Source of the DNA: Octopus vulgaris
Taxonomy: Eukaryota
Assembly: GCA_951406725.2 (NCBI GenBank)
Contig: OX597817.1
Location: 117,614,001 to 117,678,000 of the forward strand
Reading direction: 5' to 3'
DNA: 64,000 nucleotides
Part shown: one piece after another, positions 41,300 to 55,129 of the stretch
How positions within the stretch are numbered: position 1 is the first letter of the stretch
Layout: every line of letters starts with the position of its first letter
The notes under the pieces: generated by a model
What the model was told of the DNA's origin: nothing
Database searches by the model: none
The model's input: the letters and a program-made list of their open reading frames with translations, nothing else
Made by a program: the position numbers and the translations under genes

Positions 41300-42250
41300 C
41301 CCTCTTCGCTTATTTAACAAATAATGATCTACCATAAGGTGTTTGAACCCTTTCCGTGTACATATACGGCAAACTGCCTATATATCTGGCAACATTTCGT
41401 AGTGTCATCTGGGTGTTTTAATTTCGAGGTTGTTTCTCTTCTTCTAATTCGGCAGTCGCTCATTCTACCTATTTATGGCGTAATTGCATCAAGGTTTAGT
41501 ACGCTATTCTTTCTTTCCCCGTTGGCTAGTTTAGTAGCTGTTCTGCATCAGACTGTCGTTTACTTTATTGATATCTTGTGTTGCTAAAATTGGATTTCCC
41601 TATCTCTCGTAAAATTTTGGTCTTCACAAATATGCAATAATTTATTTGTATCGACTTTTCCACATGTTTTATATCAAACTTAACAAAGGAGAGTTGGTAA
41701 CCATCAATAAACAAGCAGGGAACAACAGACAGAACATTCTCATATATATGCCAGTGCACGTGGATTTGAATCTAGACATTTCTATTCAAATACCTTTGCC
41801 GCAGTAATGGAATGAAAAGGTCCGTCGATTTACATAGGAAATTATTTGATTTCAATGTAACCAGTTCAAAAATCACGTAGAAGCGAGAAGTTCTTTGTAT
41901 AGCATACTGTAGTCGGCATTTCGTCGAAACACACCTTAGGATTCATTGCAGTCGATATGTCATTAAACTTTGCGCCCTGGAACAACAAACAGCTGTAACC
42001 GTAAAGAAAATAAATCGTACTGACTGTGGTGTGGCCATCACACTTGTCTAGAACAGTGGATACCTTAAAATTTCATTAAAAGCTTTTATTTGAATATAAC
42101 AGGGAATTTATCTGGCACTGAAACTAGCAGAATAAAGCATGTTATTGAAACTGAACTCATGGTCAAAACTAAAACAGTAAAAGCGATCTCCATGTTCTGC
42201 CTACTCATGAAAAATCATTCCAGCTTATATAGTAGCTAGTAAAAAGCTCA
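41300..42250 (-). pseudogene. Degraded piggyBac-like transposase relic
   Basis: QLFVVPGRK resembles the piggyBac DEQLVPFRGR motif; downstream YCGK; heavily disrupted. Confidence 0.35.
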
Positions 42251-43082
42251 ACAACTGTCCAATCAATAAATAAGCTGTAAATATTTTGCGAATGAGTATT
42301 ACGTATCACAAGCAAAATGTCGTCATCAGGACAAAAACTGTTTACTGTTCAGTCGATATAATTGTACCCAATCGATTAGGCTAGCCATAGTTCTTACACA
42401 AATTTGTTTATATGCTCATAAAAGAAATAATTATAATTAGCAATTGGACGTTCGTTTTATTAAATTATAGCCTAAATATTACATTTCAGAGACTGTATTT
42501 TTTATTATTCATTATGCAACTTGTAAAATGAGATAGATACATACATACGTTAACAACATAGAGATGTTTAAATATATTGCTTGATCAATATAATTCTACG
42601 CAAGCATTGTTTGTCATGATGCTATAACTATGTTGAAGTATAATTTAATACAAATGGTAAATATATCGAAAATTATAACATTCAGCAACTATACACATTT
42701 CTAGACAGACAAAGAAGGCTAAATATAATTTTATATAATTTTTTCAAAGGAAGGCAAAAAAAACAAAATCAATGAAATGTTGAATAATTATTACATTCCA
42801 TCATTTAGAAGATTAAATTAAACTACTTAATTTTAAAAGAAATTGAATTTGAAAAGTATCGATTTTTCTTACTTGAAATGTATCCAAACGTTTAAATCGT
42901 TCTTTCAAAGTTTCACAACTCATTAGCAGGAATATCTGCTAGTAGGAATATATAAATTAATCTCCATCGAGGATAAAATGAAAATTTAATGTAATGAGGA
43001 CTGCTTTCAATTTCAAGGGAAGAGATAGGAGAAAAGTATTAAAACACAATTGGGGGAAATTTTATTGTGTGAAGCCATGTTA

Positions 43083-43360
<278 letters not shown>

Positions 43361-45588
43361 TTGCTGTCTTAATCCATAATTACATTACATGTATCGGTCT
43401 GATGAGTTCAAGTTACTGCCTTTACAAGTTATGCAGATAAGTTCGTAAAATGGAATTCACCCATTAAAAATATATACTCACAGACACATACCTTAAATAA
43501 CTCGCATACACAGATTATCCCTTTCTTTCTTTCTCACAAACTCATACACATATTTTTAATACTTGACATTCACTCCCTACATTTGGGGTTTAATAGGTAG
43601 TCGATAAAAAATCTGAAAAAAGGTCAGGTGAAACTAGAATGTGAATCGTTCTGGTCTTAAAGAATGTACAACACGCGCGCGCACACACACACACACACAT
43701 TCTTTCTATCTCACACAATACACTCGCCATCCCCCACTCCAAAGATATCTCTCTTCTCTATCAGTATTCCATTGTGGGTCTCAGCTAGGTTTAATAAAAA
43801 TTTAGTCGGAAAGCCAGGTTTTGTGTTGTAATTCAGGTAGTAGTCTCTGTATTTACCAGAAATTATGAAGCATAGCATATTTGACATCGTTTTGATATTC
43901 TTGTTGTGTGCTGATGTAGTTTAGAAGCTTTGATGTGTGATATTATTATCTTCATTTATATTGTGATCATACCTCTGTGACGTTGAGCGACAGAAGATTG
44001 TCTTGCACCTCGTTAGGGAATATTAAGTCTCTTTATGGACTTAATATTATGGACTTAATTTAGTATTTAGCATACACTATGTAGGTTGCATGTGGTTGAC
44101 GCTCACGCGCTGCGAATTAGAGAAGGGATTCAGTGATGGTATCATCTTCGTACAAGTGGAAAGATTTAGACGTGATTCTTAAGAGGTTTTTGATATATTG
44201 GTGACAAAACAAACCCCAAGGTGCTCCGGTATTAATAGAGTATATCTCGGAGAAAATGTCTATCAGGATACGCCGCTATTGTGTCATGAAACAGGAAGTC
44301 GTTGATACAAAATATGAGCAACGTACTGAAATATTTGATACGCTGCTTAGCTGGAGGATAAGATGATAACTGATTTTCTAGGTTCCACACAATAACAATT
44401 TCCACCTAATTTCTCGAGGAAAGTGGCCTAATGGTTAGTGATATAGACGTTTAGGTGTGTAGTGGACTTGTCTTCGTAAAGCCAAATCTGCTGCATGCCT
44501 TCGACAATTATACTGGTAGCCTTTAAAGAAGTGGGGTTACAGAAGATAATCGAAAGAGATTTTTTAATGACTCTTCTCTGTCGCGTTCGAGTTATTGAAA
44601 TTGAATAAGAACGGTTGTTTATAAAAAAGAGAGGGAAAGAAAAAGAGAGTCGGACATGGTGTATGCAACATGGAGTAGAGTGGAAATTATGCAGCAAATG
44701 TAGAAGCTTACGCTTGGAAGTACTGCCTGGACGAAAAGGTAATTTCAAGTAGAGTTCATTTTGGCAGTAAGCAAAATATTAGGCTGCAGATTGTGAATCG
44801 GAGAAAGCATAAAAACTGTGTGACGAACACAGGCGCTTTTAGCGATTTAGACAAGGGTCGTACACAAGTTATTGTGCTGGTTATAACATATCTTGTCTGT
44901 AGGGATTGGTGATTTTCTTCCAGTGTTTATATGTCTCGTGTTTAGAATTATCTTCACGTCACATTTTTAATGAACCACCCAGGGGACGTACCTAAGATTA
45001 TAGTTTAAGATACCCAGTGTGTTATTCACTAACAGGCCAGCGGTAGTAGAAACATGCAGGATGGAAAAGCACTGTCGTGTGATTTTATATCCAGTGCAAG
45101 TATTTGTCACCAGGCAATCGTCGGTGATACAATAGCTTGTACTTGCGCCATAGAATAGAAATGTATGTGGTACAGAGAATAAATGTTAACTTGTGAGAAA
45201 GAGAAAGAGAAAGGCTAGAATGAAAAAAAAGCACAACGATTCTCTCGAATGTTGTTTACTAGTGTTCAAGAAGTAATCAATTGGATGTATGAGAATGGGA
45301 AAAATTCATTATAGCGAACATGAAAAATGGAGGAGAATGGCGAAAACAAATAGTAATGCAATAGGAGGTATTCGTCAAAGCCAGAAAATATTATTGACAG
45401 AGATAAGTTTGAAAATTGCTGTGGGGTGTGCACATGCGCACGAAGAGAAAAATACATAAAAACACACTCGCACACAAGCACACAAAAATAGGACACGACT
45501 ACACATACAGAAATATACAAACAAACATATACACACACACACACATACATACATACATACGTACGTACAACACCCCAACTACAATGAA

Positions 45589-47742
45589 ATGAAAGAAGAC
45601 ATCGCAGAATTCTGCAGAAAATTAAGACTTACTGAGGAGCTATACGATAAATACAACGAGGACGAATCGTTAGCCAGAAATAGGAGTAACTACACCCCCT
45701 CGAAAGGTAAGAATAAAACACTTGATGATTTCTGTGACCACATATCAAATTACCCATATCAACATATGCACAAACAAAAACACAAACCAAACTTCAGCAA
45801 AAAAGAATGGGCTGAGTTGAACAAATTAAAACTAGATAAAACAATAACAATCAAAGAGGCCGATAAAGGGAGTGCTGTTGTCTTAATGGATACGACATTT
45901 TACATAACTTTGGTACTTTCTATGCTGGAAGACACAACATACTATGAAAAGGCACAAAACTACAGTCAACAAAAAATAATGAGGGAACTAAAATCCATAT
46001 TAAACCCATACAAAGCAGGGCTCACCGACAAAGAATATGATTATATGACCAATTTCACAAGTAAAACTAGCCAATTCTACGGTATACCTAAGATCCACAA
46101 AAGTGAAAAAATAAGCAACGCATGCAAGATAGCTACAGACAAAATAATTAAAGTCCCTAATCCTAATGACCTCAAATTGAGACCCATAATAGCAGGTCCC
46201 GCATGCGAAACCCACCGCCTCAGTAACTTTTTAGACACCCTGTTAAAACCACTCCTCAAACATGTCAAAAGCTATATAAGGGACGACTTAGATATGCTCA
46301 ATCACCTACCGAATACTATAAACAAAAACACCATACTGGTATCCTTCGATGTAGTCAACCTCTACTCCAATATCCCCCACAACCTAGGACTAGAGGCAAT
46401 CCAATTCTGGCTAGAGAATCACGCCAACGAACTACCACACCGCATCAAAAAAGAATTTGTGATAGAAGGGGTTAAATTCATCCTGGAAAATAACTTCTTC
46501 GCCTTCAATGACAACTTCTACCGACAAAAATCGGGGACTGCGATGGGTACACGAATGGCCCCCTCCTTTGCCAACCTAGTCATAGGATACCTAGAGATCA
46601 GTCTGTATCGTAAGGTTCTAGAAAGATATGGCAGCCCTTTCTCCATCTACATAGAAAACAACTGGAAGAGATATCTAGATGACTGTTTCATCCTTTGGCA
46701 TAAAAATATAGAAAAACTCATAGAATTCCAGAAAATTTTAAACGGACTGGACGTAAACATCCAATTCACGATGGAATATAGCCAACAACAACTCCCCTTC
46801 CTCGATATCCTCATTAAGAAAGCTAATAATATAATAGAAACAGACATATACTATAAGCCTACAGACTCTAAGCAATATCTTCCATTCAATTCATGCCACC
46901 CCAGACACACCAGGATGAATATCCCCTTCAATCTAGCAAAAAGGATATGCACTATAGTCTCTAACGCAAACACCAGAGACACACGACTACAAGAACTAAA
47001 AGATACCCTAATCACCAGGAACTATCCACCTTCACTTATTGACAAGTGCATTCAACGTGCCCTTCAACTTAACATCAAGGAACTGAGACATCCCAAATCA
47101 AAGAAAAACTTACAACCAAAAGCCTTACCATACATCTCCACACACAACCCTCTCAATAACGAAGCCTTCGACACCATCCTCCACAACATACCCCTCCTAA
47201 AAAAAGACCACAGAATGAACACAATCCTCCAAACACACACGATCATAAAAAGCAAAAGACAGCCTAGATCCATGAAAAGTCTCCTTACACAAGCCCGAAT
47301 TCACTCTTCAACACAGAAGCCGACAGTAAAAAAATGTGGAAGACCCAATTGCGGGATATGCGACTATCTAATCGAGGGTTCTGAGTTCTCCTTCAAACAG
47401 GGACAACGGTTTACAGTGAAAAGCAACTTCACATGTGCTTCGGAGAACCTAATATACTCACTAACCTGCTCCGGGTGTCAAGAGCAGTACATAGGCCAAA
47501 CAAAAAATGGTTTGCGTAAACGAATGGCCCTGCACAGATCCCAGATAAAAATTCCCCAAAACAGAAAAATAGCTTTTAGCCAACACATAGATACTTGCGC
47601 CAACAAAAAAACACCAAACTTCAGAATTTTCCCCCTCTACCAATTTAGGGACGATACAACCTCGAGACAAAGAATAAGTAAAGAAAATCTCTTTATTACA
47701 AAATACAAGCCACTTCTTAACGGGTCTACGACAAACAATTAA
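45589..47742 (+). CDS. PLE reverse transcriptase + GIY-YIG endonuclease (717 aa, uninterrupted)
   Basis: IKEADKG, FYGIPKIHK, LRPIIAG, SFDVVNLYSNIP, QKSGTAMGT, RYLDD (46672-46683), LPFLD, SCHP; Cys linker CGRPNCGIC; NLIYSLTC..C..QYIGQT..LRKRM..H. Confidence 0.95.
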   Translation: MKEDIAEFCRKLRLTEELYDKYNEDESLARNRSNYTPSKGKNKTLDDFCDHISNYPYQHMHKQKHKPNFSKKEWAELNKLKLDKTITIKEADKGSAVVLMDTTFYITLVLSMLEDTTYYEKAQNYSQQKIMRELKSILNPYKAGLTDKEYDYMTNFTSKTSQFYGIPKIHKSEKISNACKIATDKIIKVPNPNDLKLRPIIAGPACETHRLSNFLDTLLKPLLKHVKSYIRDDLDMLNHLPNTINKNTILVSFDVVNLYSNIPHNLGLEAIQFWLENHANELPHRIKKEFVIEGVKFILENNFFAFNDNFYRQKSGTAMGTRMAPSFANLVIGYLEISLYRKVLERYGSPFSIYIENNWKRYLDDCFILWHKNIEKLIEFQKILNGLDVNIQFTMEYSQQQLPFLDILIKKANNIIETDIYYKPTDSKQYLPFNSCHPRHTRMNIPFNLAKRICTIVSNANTRDTRLQELKDTLITRNYPPSLIDKCIQRALQLNIKELRHPKSKKNLQPKALPYISTHNPLNNEAFDTILHNIPLLKKDHRMNTILQTHTIIKSKRQPRSMKSLLTQARIHSSTQKPTVKKCGRPNCGICDYLIEGSEFSFKQGQRFTVKSNFTCASENLIYSLTCSGCQEQYIGQTKNGLRKRMALHRSQIKIPQNRKIAFSQHIDTCANKKTPNFRIFPLYQFRDDTTSRQRISKENLFITKYKPLLNGSTTNN

Positions 47743-48461
47743 TATACCTCAACTTTAGAATAAAAGAAAAAAATATATATACACACACAAATACTACACT
47801 CCATAGAATCCATTACTAATCAGCCCCTTCATAGCTATATTTACACCCATTCATATTCTCCCTTCTCTGTTTTTTTCTTCTTCTTCTTCTTCATCATCAT
47901 CGTTATCATCATCATCGGCGTCATCATCATCACCACCATCATCACCACCATCTTCTCCTTCTCCTCCTTCTTCTTCTTCTTCTTCTTCTTCTTCTTCTTC
48001 TTCTTCTTCTTCTTCTTCTCATCATCATCGTTATCATCATCATCGTCGTCATAATCATCACCACCATCACCATCATCTTCTCCTTCTCCTTCTTCTTCTT
48101 CTTCTTCTTCTTCTTCTTCTTCTTCTTCTTCTCCACCCCCTACCCCTTAAGTTTGTCACTAATGTTTTTTAGTATAACACCTACGCTAATTCTATAAACA
48201 ATCCTGAATTGAACTGAGACTGCCAGCCGCCACTGACCATTCAAAATACGACCATCAGGGCACTCCCAGATTCTCCCACCCCCTTTCCTCACCAGCCTTC
48301 CCTCTACTACCCTACCAAGAACTCACAACTACCTCGAACACACAAGTGCAAACAAGGGAGTCAGAGAAAGGCAGAATGCCACTTAAATCTGAACACTACT
48401 ATAGAAATATTCTTTTAAAAAAACTTTTCTTCTAATTTTTCTAAATTTAATTATTTAATCG

Positions 48462-48505
48462 TTACAGTTGAAAAGGTCTCAAAATGACCGAAACCGGTAC
48501 TGAAA
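48462..48505 (+). ncRNA. Minimal type I hammerhead ribozyme, U3-A8 variant, in the PLE 3' terminal repeat
   Basis: ttacag-TTGAAAA-ggtc-tcaaaat-gacc-GAAA-ccgg-TA-ctgaaa; predicted cleavage after GUA at 48499. Confidence 0.82.
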
Positions 48506-48589
48506 TGTTCACTATAAAATTATTTTAGCATTTTCTATTTTTTACTTGTTTTTTCATATATATCAACTCGTGTGTTCCTTTTCACCCTT

Positions 48590-48649
<60 letters not shown>

Positions 48650-49472
48650 ATATATATAGGCATTATAAAAACTTACTATGAATTAAAATAAGAATACAGT
48701 GTTTCTATGGGAATGATTTTCTGAAAATAATGAGTCTCATGACAGTCCGTTCCACTGTTTGTTGACACATCCTCTCAGAATAGGCGTAAATGGCTTTCCC
48801 ACACAATAGCATCAATAGGTGTGTTGCTATATAAAGCGGTCACGCTTTATGAAACAACAGCTGAGTTGTACATTTAATAGCTATAGCGTAATTCATAACG
48901 ACGTTAATAGCACAAGTATGCAAGTTAGGATAGCAACATTACTGCCAGCCTAATTCATGACTGATTGATATAGCGGTTGCCCAATGCCACATATCTTTTT
49001 CCACACACCACGTTATAGAAAGATTGTGTCTATCATTTTTCATTTCACATAAATTGTGGCTTTGTAATGTCTAAATTTATTTCAATTTTTCTCAGTAAAT
49101 TTGTTATGCATAAAATAGACGCTGGCCAATTAACGGAGGCGTCAAAAGCACAGAAACACTAATTAAGCCACCTAAACAGTACTAGCCTTATTCATTAGTG
49201 ATTTCTGTATAGGAACTTTTATCAATTGGAGTAACAAGACAGGTACATTAACTGAGCAGAGGTCAACAAACCTGCCAATGAACCTTATTTTTCAGTACAT
49301 CAATAGCATTGAGATATGTTCACATTCTTATCACAGCAACAGTGTGGGTCGGTAGTGATTGAATTTTAATTAATTCTGTCCATGTAAATTACACTTTTAT
49401 GTACAATACACACACATATATATATAATTAAAACATTACGAAGGATATATCATATGCATGTATGTATGTATG

Positions 49473-49529
<57 letters not shown>

Positions 49530-49534
49530 GTAGA

Positions 49535-49897
49535 TGGGAAGGGTCTTCCTTTAATGCTGACATGCAATGTCTGTGCAAGACCCTGCCTCAGTAAAGCTGG
49601 ACTCATGAGTCATCTTCGTAGTCATAAAGCGAGACAGATGAGTGACAACCTGGCCACTGGTAGTGGTGTAACACACCATACTAATCATATCTGTCGGGCA
49701 TTTGGAAGAGAGTGCAATTCGCCAGGAGGACTTAAACGACATGCAAAGGTACATGAAGCCCAGTTACAACTACAGCCGGCTATTACCTGTAAAGGTATTA
49801 GTTGCCAATTCTGTACAAAAGTCAAATTCGATCACAGCACCAGTAACAGCTAAGCTTCGTGCAATGACCATACTCGATAACGAGGGGGCAGCCATAA
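49535..49897 (+). mobile_element. 3' fragment of an RTE-clade LINE with tandem C2H2 fingers
   Basis: CNVCARPCLSKAGLMSHLRSH, CRAFGRECNSPGGLKRHAKVH and a partial CQFC; RTE-like 3' end ctcgataacgaggg..gccata. Confidence 0.7.
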
Positions 49898-50126
49898 TAT
49901 ATGTATGTATAGTTATGCAAACACGACAATATGTGTTAATGTATATTTTTATTGATATTTAGTAGAAGTAACCTAAGTTCGATAAGTGCCAACGCACGAA
50001 GCTCAAGTTTGATAAGTTTGAACGCGTGAAATTCTCGGCGCTTGAGTCAATCTGTTTCTTCTACAAAATATTAATATATATTATATTTTATTATATTATA
50101 TTATATTATATTATATCATATTATAT

Positions 50127-50165
<39 letters not shown>

Positions 50166-50552
50166 GCTGGAGTCAACAAGACGAAGTACAGAGAAACATA
50201 TATTTGTAACCATTACAATTGTTTCCACGTTCTCCAGATTCGCAGTTATCTGGTTATGTAACTGTTTCCCTGGTTTATGAAATCACTATTATATTATAAT
50301 AAAAAAAAAACACTATTAAACAATTCAATAAAGAAAGATGTTATTCGCACCATATAGAAAACAGATACTGTAAAAAACTTATTTTTAATCAATAAAGTAC
50401 AATAAATTGTAAATAGTTGTAAAGAGGCTACGCACGTTATATTCCCTACCATTATATATATATATATATACTAAATATTAGGTTTTATTTCAGAGGTGAT
50501 TATAGCCAAGACGGTAGTTATGGTGCCATTGCAGATTTCCGATAAAGCGGTT

Positions 50553-51100
50553 ATATCATTGTTAAAGGAGACACACACGTTAAGACAAGGCAATCATCTG
50601 AAGTCATATAATTATCATTATTTGAAAAAGTTCTAAGTCTTACAGCTGTTTCTGGGATATCCCAGATATGGGATATTCCGGGAAAATGAGAAGGGTATAG
50701 ATTAATGAAATGACGACATAGAGGACAGAAGTAGAGGAATAAGGAGATGAAGAAAGAGAAGAAACAAGAATCATAAATGAACTTATTTCTACATATTTCC
50801 ACAAGAAGCATAAATGGATTTATTTTTACAAGGTGGGGAAGTTGAAATTTGAACTTTTATGCTTCTTTTTCTTCTCTTTCTTCAACTCCTTATTCTTTTA
50901 TTCCTGTCTTATATGTCATCATTTCATTAATCTACATTCTTCTCATTTTCCCTATTTGTCTCCGATGACGGATTATCCCATAATCTGGGATATCTCAGAA
51001 ACAGAAGTTAGACTGAATCTTTTCCAATAACAATAATAATGCATATGATTCGAGATGTTTGCTTCGCCTTAACGTTTTTTTCATCTTTAACAATTATATA
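50553..51100. mobile_element. Outward-facing inverted pair of HHR-bearing PLE-type terminal repeats
   Basis: 50553-50780 is approximately the reverse complement of 50855-51100; left arm has GAAAcagctgTAagac, right arm has gtct-CCGATGA..GAAA..agac (50958-51013). Confidence 0.85.
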
Positions 51101-52180
51101 TATATATTATATATATGGACGAAAGAAATAAATTCATTGCACCGTTACCGAATATCTGTAAGGTATGGGAAACCTTTCTAGTCTTTTGTGTTCAGTAAAC
51201 TATCTAAAGAAGCTCGGATGTTATTTATTTTATCTCAGTAGAATGAAACATCTCCCTTGAACGTTGGCTTGGTGTGTCCCCAAAGGTAATTTCCGTGCTG
51301 AGTTGTAAAGCATATGTCCTACTTCAGTAGTTTTTTTCCCTTCCGTTTCCGTCGATGTTACCATTAAGTATGCTCGTGTCACCTTTCTTTACTACAATAC
51401 GTACAAATCCTCAAATATATAGATATATAATATCGATTTGAGGTAAGCAAAACACTTCAATCAGCTATAATATTGCACTATATATCTGACCTCTTGCCTT
51501 GTGAAAAGGTATCCTCTATGAAGCAAATATAGAGTAATACCTCATAAGCAATAAATACGTTGGCTAACAATACCGCCAGTGCATGTATTGTACTGACTTT
51601 TCCAATAGATCAATAAAGAAAAAAATAACAAATATATCTGATGGTTCAAATGATATCGAATATGTTTTATTCCGCAGTACATAATTGAACGCACAATGCT
51701 CTTACATCAATATTGGTAAACAAAATATATAAATCGTTTTCCAAAGAATCTACCACACCTAGGGAAGCAGCCACACATTTTGTATAAAATGTTCTCAACG
51801 GATCACAATGTGTCGGAAACATCTGTTTCCGGAAGATAAGCGTATTATCAAGTATTTTTGTTTTTTGCATATATTTACATTTTCAGAAAAATTCACCTGA
51901 GAATCAGCTAAGAGCTTTAAATATTTCCTTGAAAGGAATACTTTTTTTTTATACATCAGAATATGAGAGTCTCTAGGTTCTAATAATATATGGAAAATAT
52001 ATATCAATATTGACAGAAAAAAGTTATCTTTACTACACACGTGCAACAACTCTCAAAATACCCGTGGGTATAGCACTCACATACACACACGCACTGTCAC
52101 ACACAAGCATGGACTTATATGTATATAGTTACTACACAGCTTTAACGACACAAACATTCACAAAATGCCCATGGACAAGA

Positions 52181-52216
<36 letters not shown>

Positions 52217-52668
52217 CGTGTGTTTTTAAATTTCTACATACCTATATTTCTAATTTATATTTTCTCTTGTGTGTGAGTGTGTGTGTATGTATGTGTTTGT
52301 ACGGGTGTGTGTGTGTAAAGAGGCGCATAAATTTTCCTTTGCTTATTTCCTTTATATATCTGTTTATTGAACAACATATCGAGCAAACTATTTGAAAAAT
52401 ATGAGCTATCCACGTGATATTTTAATGGCATTTTTGAAAATTCGTTCTAAAATAATCCAGCGAAATTCGATTTTTTGTCAGCTATATAAATTCAAGGCTC
52501 TTCGATCCGTAGCTAGTTCCATAAATGCAAACGCACGAAACTATCTGCCCTTTAGTCAATATACCGGTGTTGCTAAAATATATGAATATGTATATATATA
52601 AATATATATATATATATGCACACATATACACACACACAAACACACACACACATAAACACACACACACG

Positions 52669-52751
<83 letters not shown>

Positions 52752-52921
52752 GAAATGGAAAGAAAACAAAAGAATGAGAGACCTCGATATTATGTACACA
52801 GAAGAATTTATCTGTAAATATAATGTGACAATTATTCGGAGTTTTAACATGGCTACCGAACAATTGTCACATATTATGTTTACATACATACCCCACCACC
52901 ACACACACACACACACACATA

Positions 52922-53002
<81 letters not shown>

Positions 53003-53599
53003 ATGTATATATATATATATATGTATGTATAGAATTAATAAAATAGGAGATGGAATTTGTAATAGACTTTATTAAGTACAACACATGCTTCAACCCGTCG
53101 TTCTGGCTCTCTTTGGACACATCAGCAAAAACGTCACACTAGAGATTTCTTGTGTCGTCTTGCTTAGCGCTATATGTCCATCAAATACGAGAGTGAATAA
53201 AAGCAAAGAAAAATTATTGATACCCAAAGATTTCAAAAATGAACGTGGAAAGTGTACGTTCCAGTTTAGACGAAATGACGTAATCAGTTTTCGGTATTTG
53301 AACTGTAGAAATTAGAAGGTGAAAGGAAGATAATACTTAGACGAACATGCTTTTGTTCGTGCGCAGACGCATACATGGGATACTTACATACATACTCAGA
53401 GATATACACATACATATATATATATACATACACATATACATACACACTCACGCACATACAAGTATATGCATTCACTATTTTCCTCTCGTTCTGGTCTAAC
53501 GATCCAGTATCTTTGTTTTTGTTCGGTTTCCTTGTATGTCTCTGCTGTCATTTTTTTGTTCCTAACTTTGACCTTCTATAAAGCCTAAATTTATTTTAC

Positions 53600-53830
53600 A
53601 ATTTAAAGGAGACTCATATTATTTTTGAATACTCATATTGTCGTGGAATTCTCGAAATGAGGAGTAGACAGACAACCGACAATTGATGAAGGATCCTTTC
53701 CCTCTGTTAACTTGTCCTGTTTTCCATTTTTCTCGTTGTTTACGTATTTCACACGTTCTCCCGCGTTTTATTTACGCATTCCATGTAATTTGCACCGTTG
53801 GTGACGTCCTATAGCCATATATGGATATAT
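53600..53830 (+). mobile_element. PLE-type 3' tail fragment
   Basis: Homologous to 22430-22630; ends in (TA)n. Confidence 0.5.
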
Positions 53831-53876
53831 GCATGTATATATATATATATGTATGTATATATATATATATATATAT

Positions 53877-54070
53877 ACATGAGGAGGTACTGAAAAGGTC
53901 CTGGCTCTGGGCAACAGAAAATACATGAGGATCAGTTTATTATTTTATTCAACATATTCCCTTCTCAGATTCACACAAACATTGCAGAGGTCTCTTTTGT
54001 TTTGTAAGACTTGTAAAAGACCTCGGAAGTTTGGGCCTTCAACCAGGCCGTTCACAATGTCTTTAAACCC
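53877..54070. mobile_element. Tc1/mariner-derived terminal fragment
   Basis: TA-catgaggaggtactgaaaaggtcctgg resembles mariner TIR starts; internal ttattcaacatattccc motif. Confidence 0.6.
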
Positions 54071-55129
54071 CTTATTTATATATGTATGTATGTGTGTTAG
54101 TGTTTATACATATGTATGTATGCATGTGTATGTGTGTGTGTGTGTGTGCGAGTTTTAATGTATGCACTGTTTTTTTAACAGTGACGCTCAGTCCATCTTT
54201 GCTACTTCAGCTCATCCCATTGTACTTGAGAAATAACCCTCACGCAGTCTGGATTTCAACACAGCTAGATGAAAAATGAATTATCTAAGGAGGAAATAAG
54301 ATTCTCAGCCCGCTATTAAATCTACCATTTTTAATAATAATATGCATGTCAATATAATCAAACGTAATTCACAATAAACAAAAATAAATAAATAAATAAA
54401 CTCAGGAATTAGCCATATTCTAAACACAATTAATAATGTATACACTGGTAGTTTCTTCTTAATTACTCGCGCGCGTGCACTCACACATGCATAAATAAAT
54501 ATTTTACACAAAGTGAGAGAGAGAGGAAACAGGAGAATGAAGAGGGATGAAAAGAGAAAAAGAGTGAAAGCGAGAGAAATAAACCGATTAGTAAAGGGAT
54601 AGGGAGATTAACATATATTGTATTCATAGGTGTTTTCGCTTTACACTATTTTTTCATCCAATTTATGCTACTTAATTCTGTTTTCAAATAAATACATTGA
54701 TTCATATGCACGAATTTAAGGTTTAGTTACACGGATATAGTCAATTTATACGGATCATTAATTTTATTTTGCATTATTAATTGTTTATTTATTTTTGGGT
54801 TTCAAGCTTTATATATTTTTAATTGATCAGAAAATATGGCAATTAAAAAATGTTGCAATATACTTCAGATTGAACAAAAAAAACGTATTTGTGAAAATAT
54901 ATCTTGGAAGGAATTGGAAAATAATTTATTAATCTGTTTTAACGATGAAAGTATAAAATTCTAGTATCTTACAATTAATTCTTCATGATATAGGAAGCAT
55001 AGGATTGGACGTATAGGAATATGTCCAACGTGTTTGTTTTGTTTCTTTCCGTAGTGAATTAACAATTTATAAAGAGAACAACTTAGAATGGGGTTGGAAA
55101 CAAAATAGCTTTTTTACGCTATCAGTTTT

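Larger units (their letters stand above)
45568..48590 (+). mobile_element. Penelope-like retroelement (Neptune-type), 5'-truncated, between microsatellites
   Basis: RT + GIY-YIG ORF, 3' UTR with (CTT)/(CAT) repeats, terminal HHR; flanked by (CA)/(CATA)n and (TA)n. Confidence 0.93.

Noticed and set aside
44030-45000. Possible old RTE/LINE or other coding relic
   Set aside because: Only faint motif resemblance; no frame or family could be assigned with confidence.
46000-47670. Minus-strand ORFs inside the PLE ORF
   Set aside because: Antisense shadows of the RT frame with no motifs.
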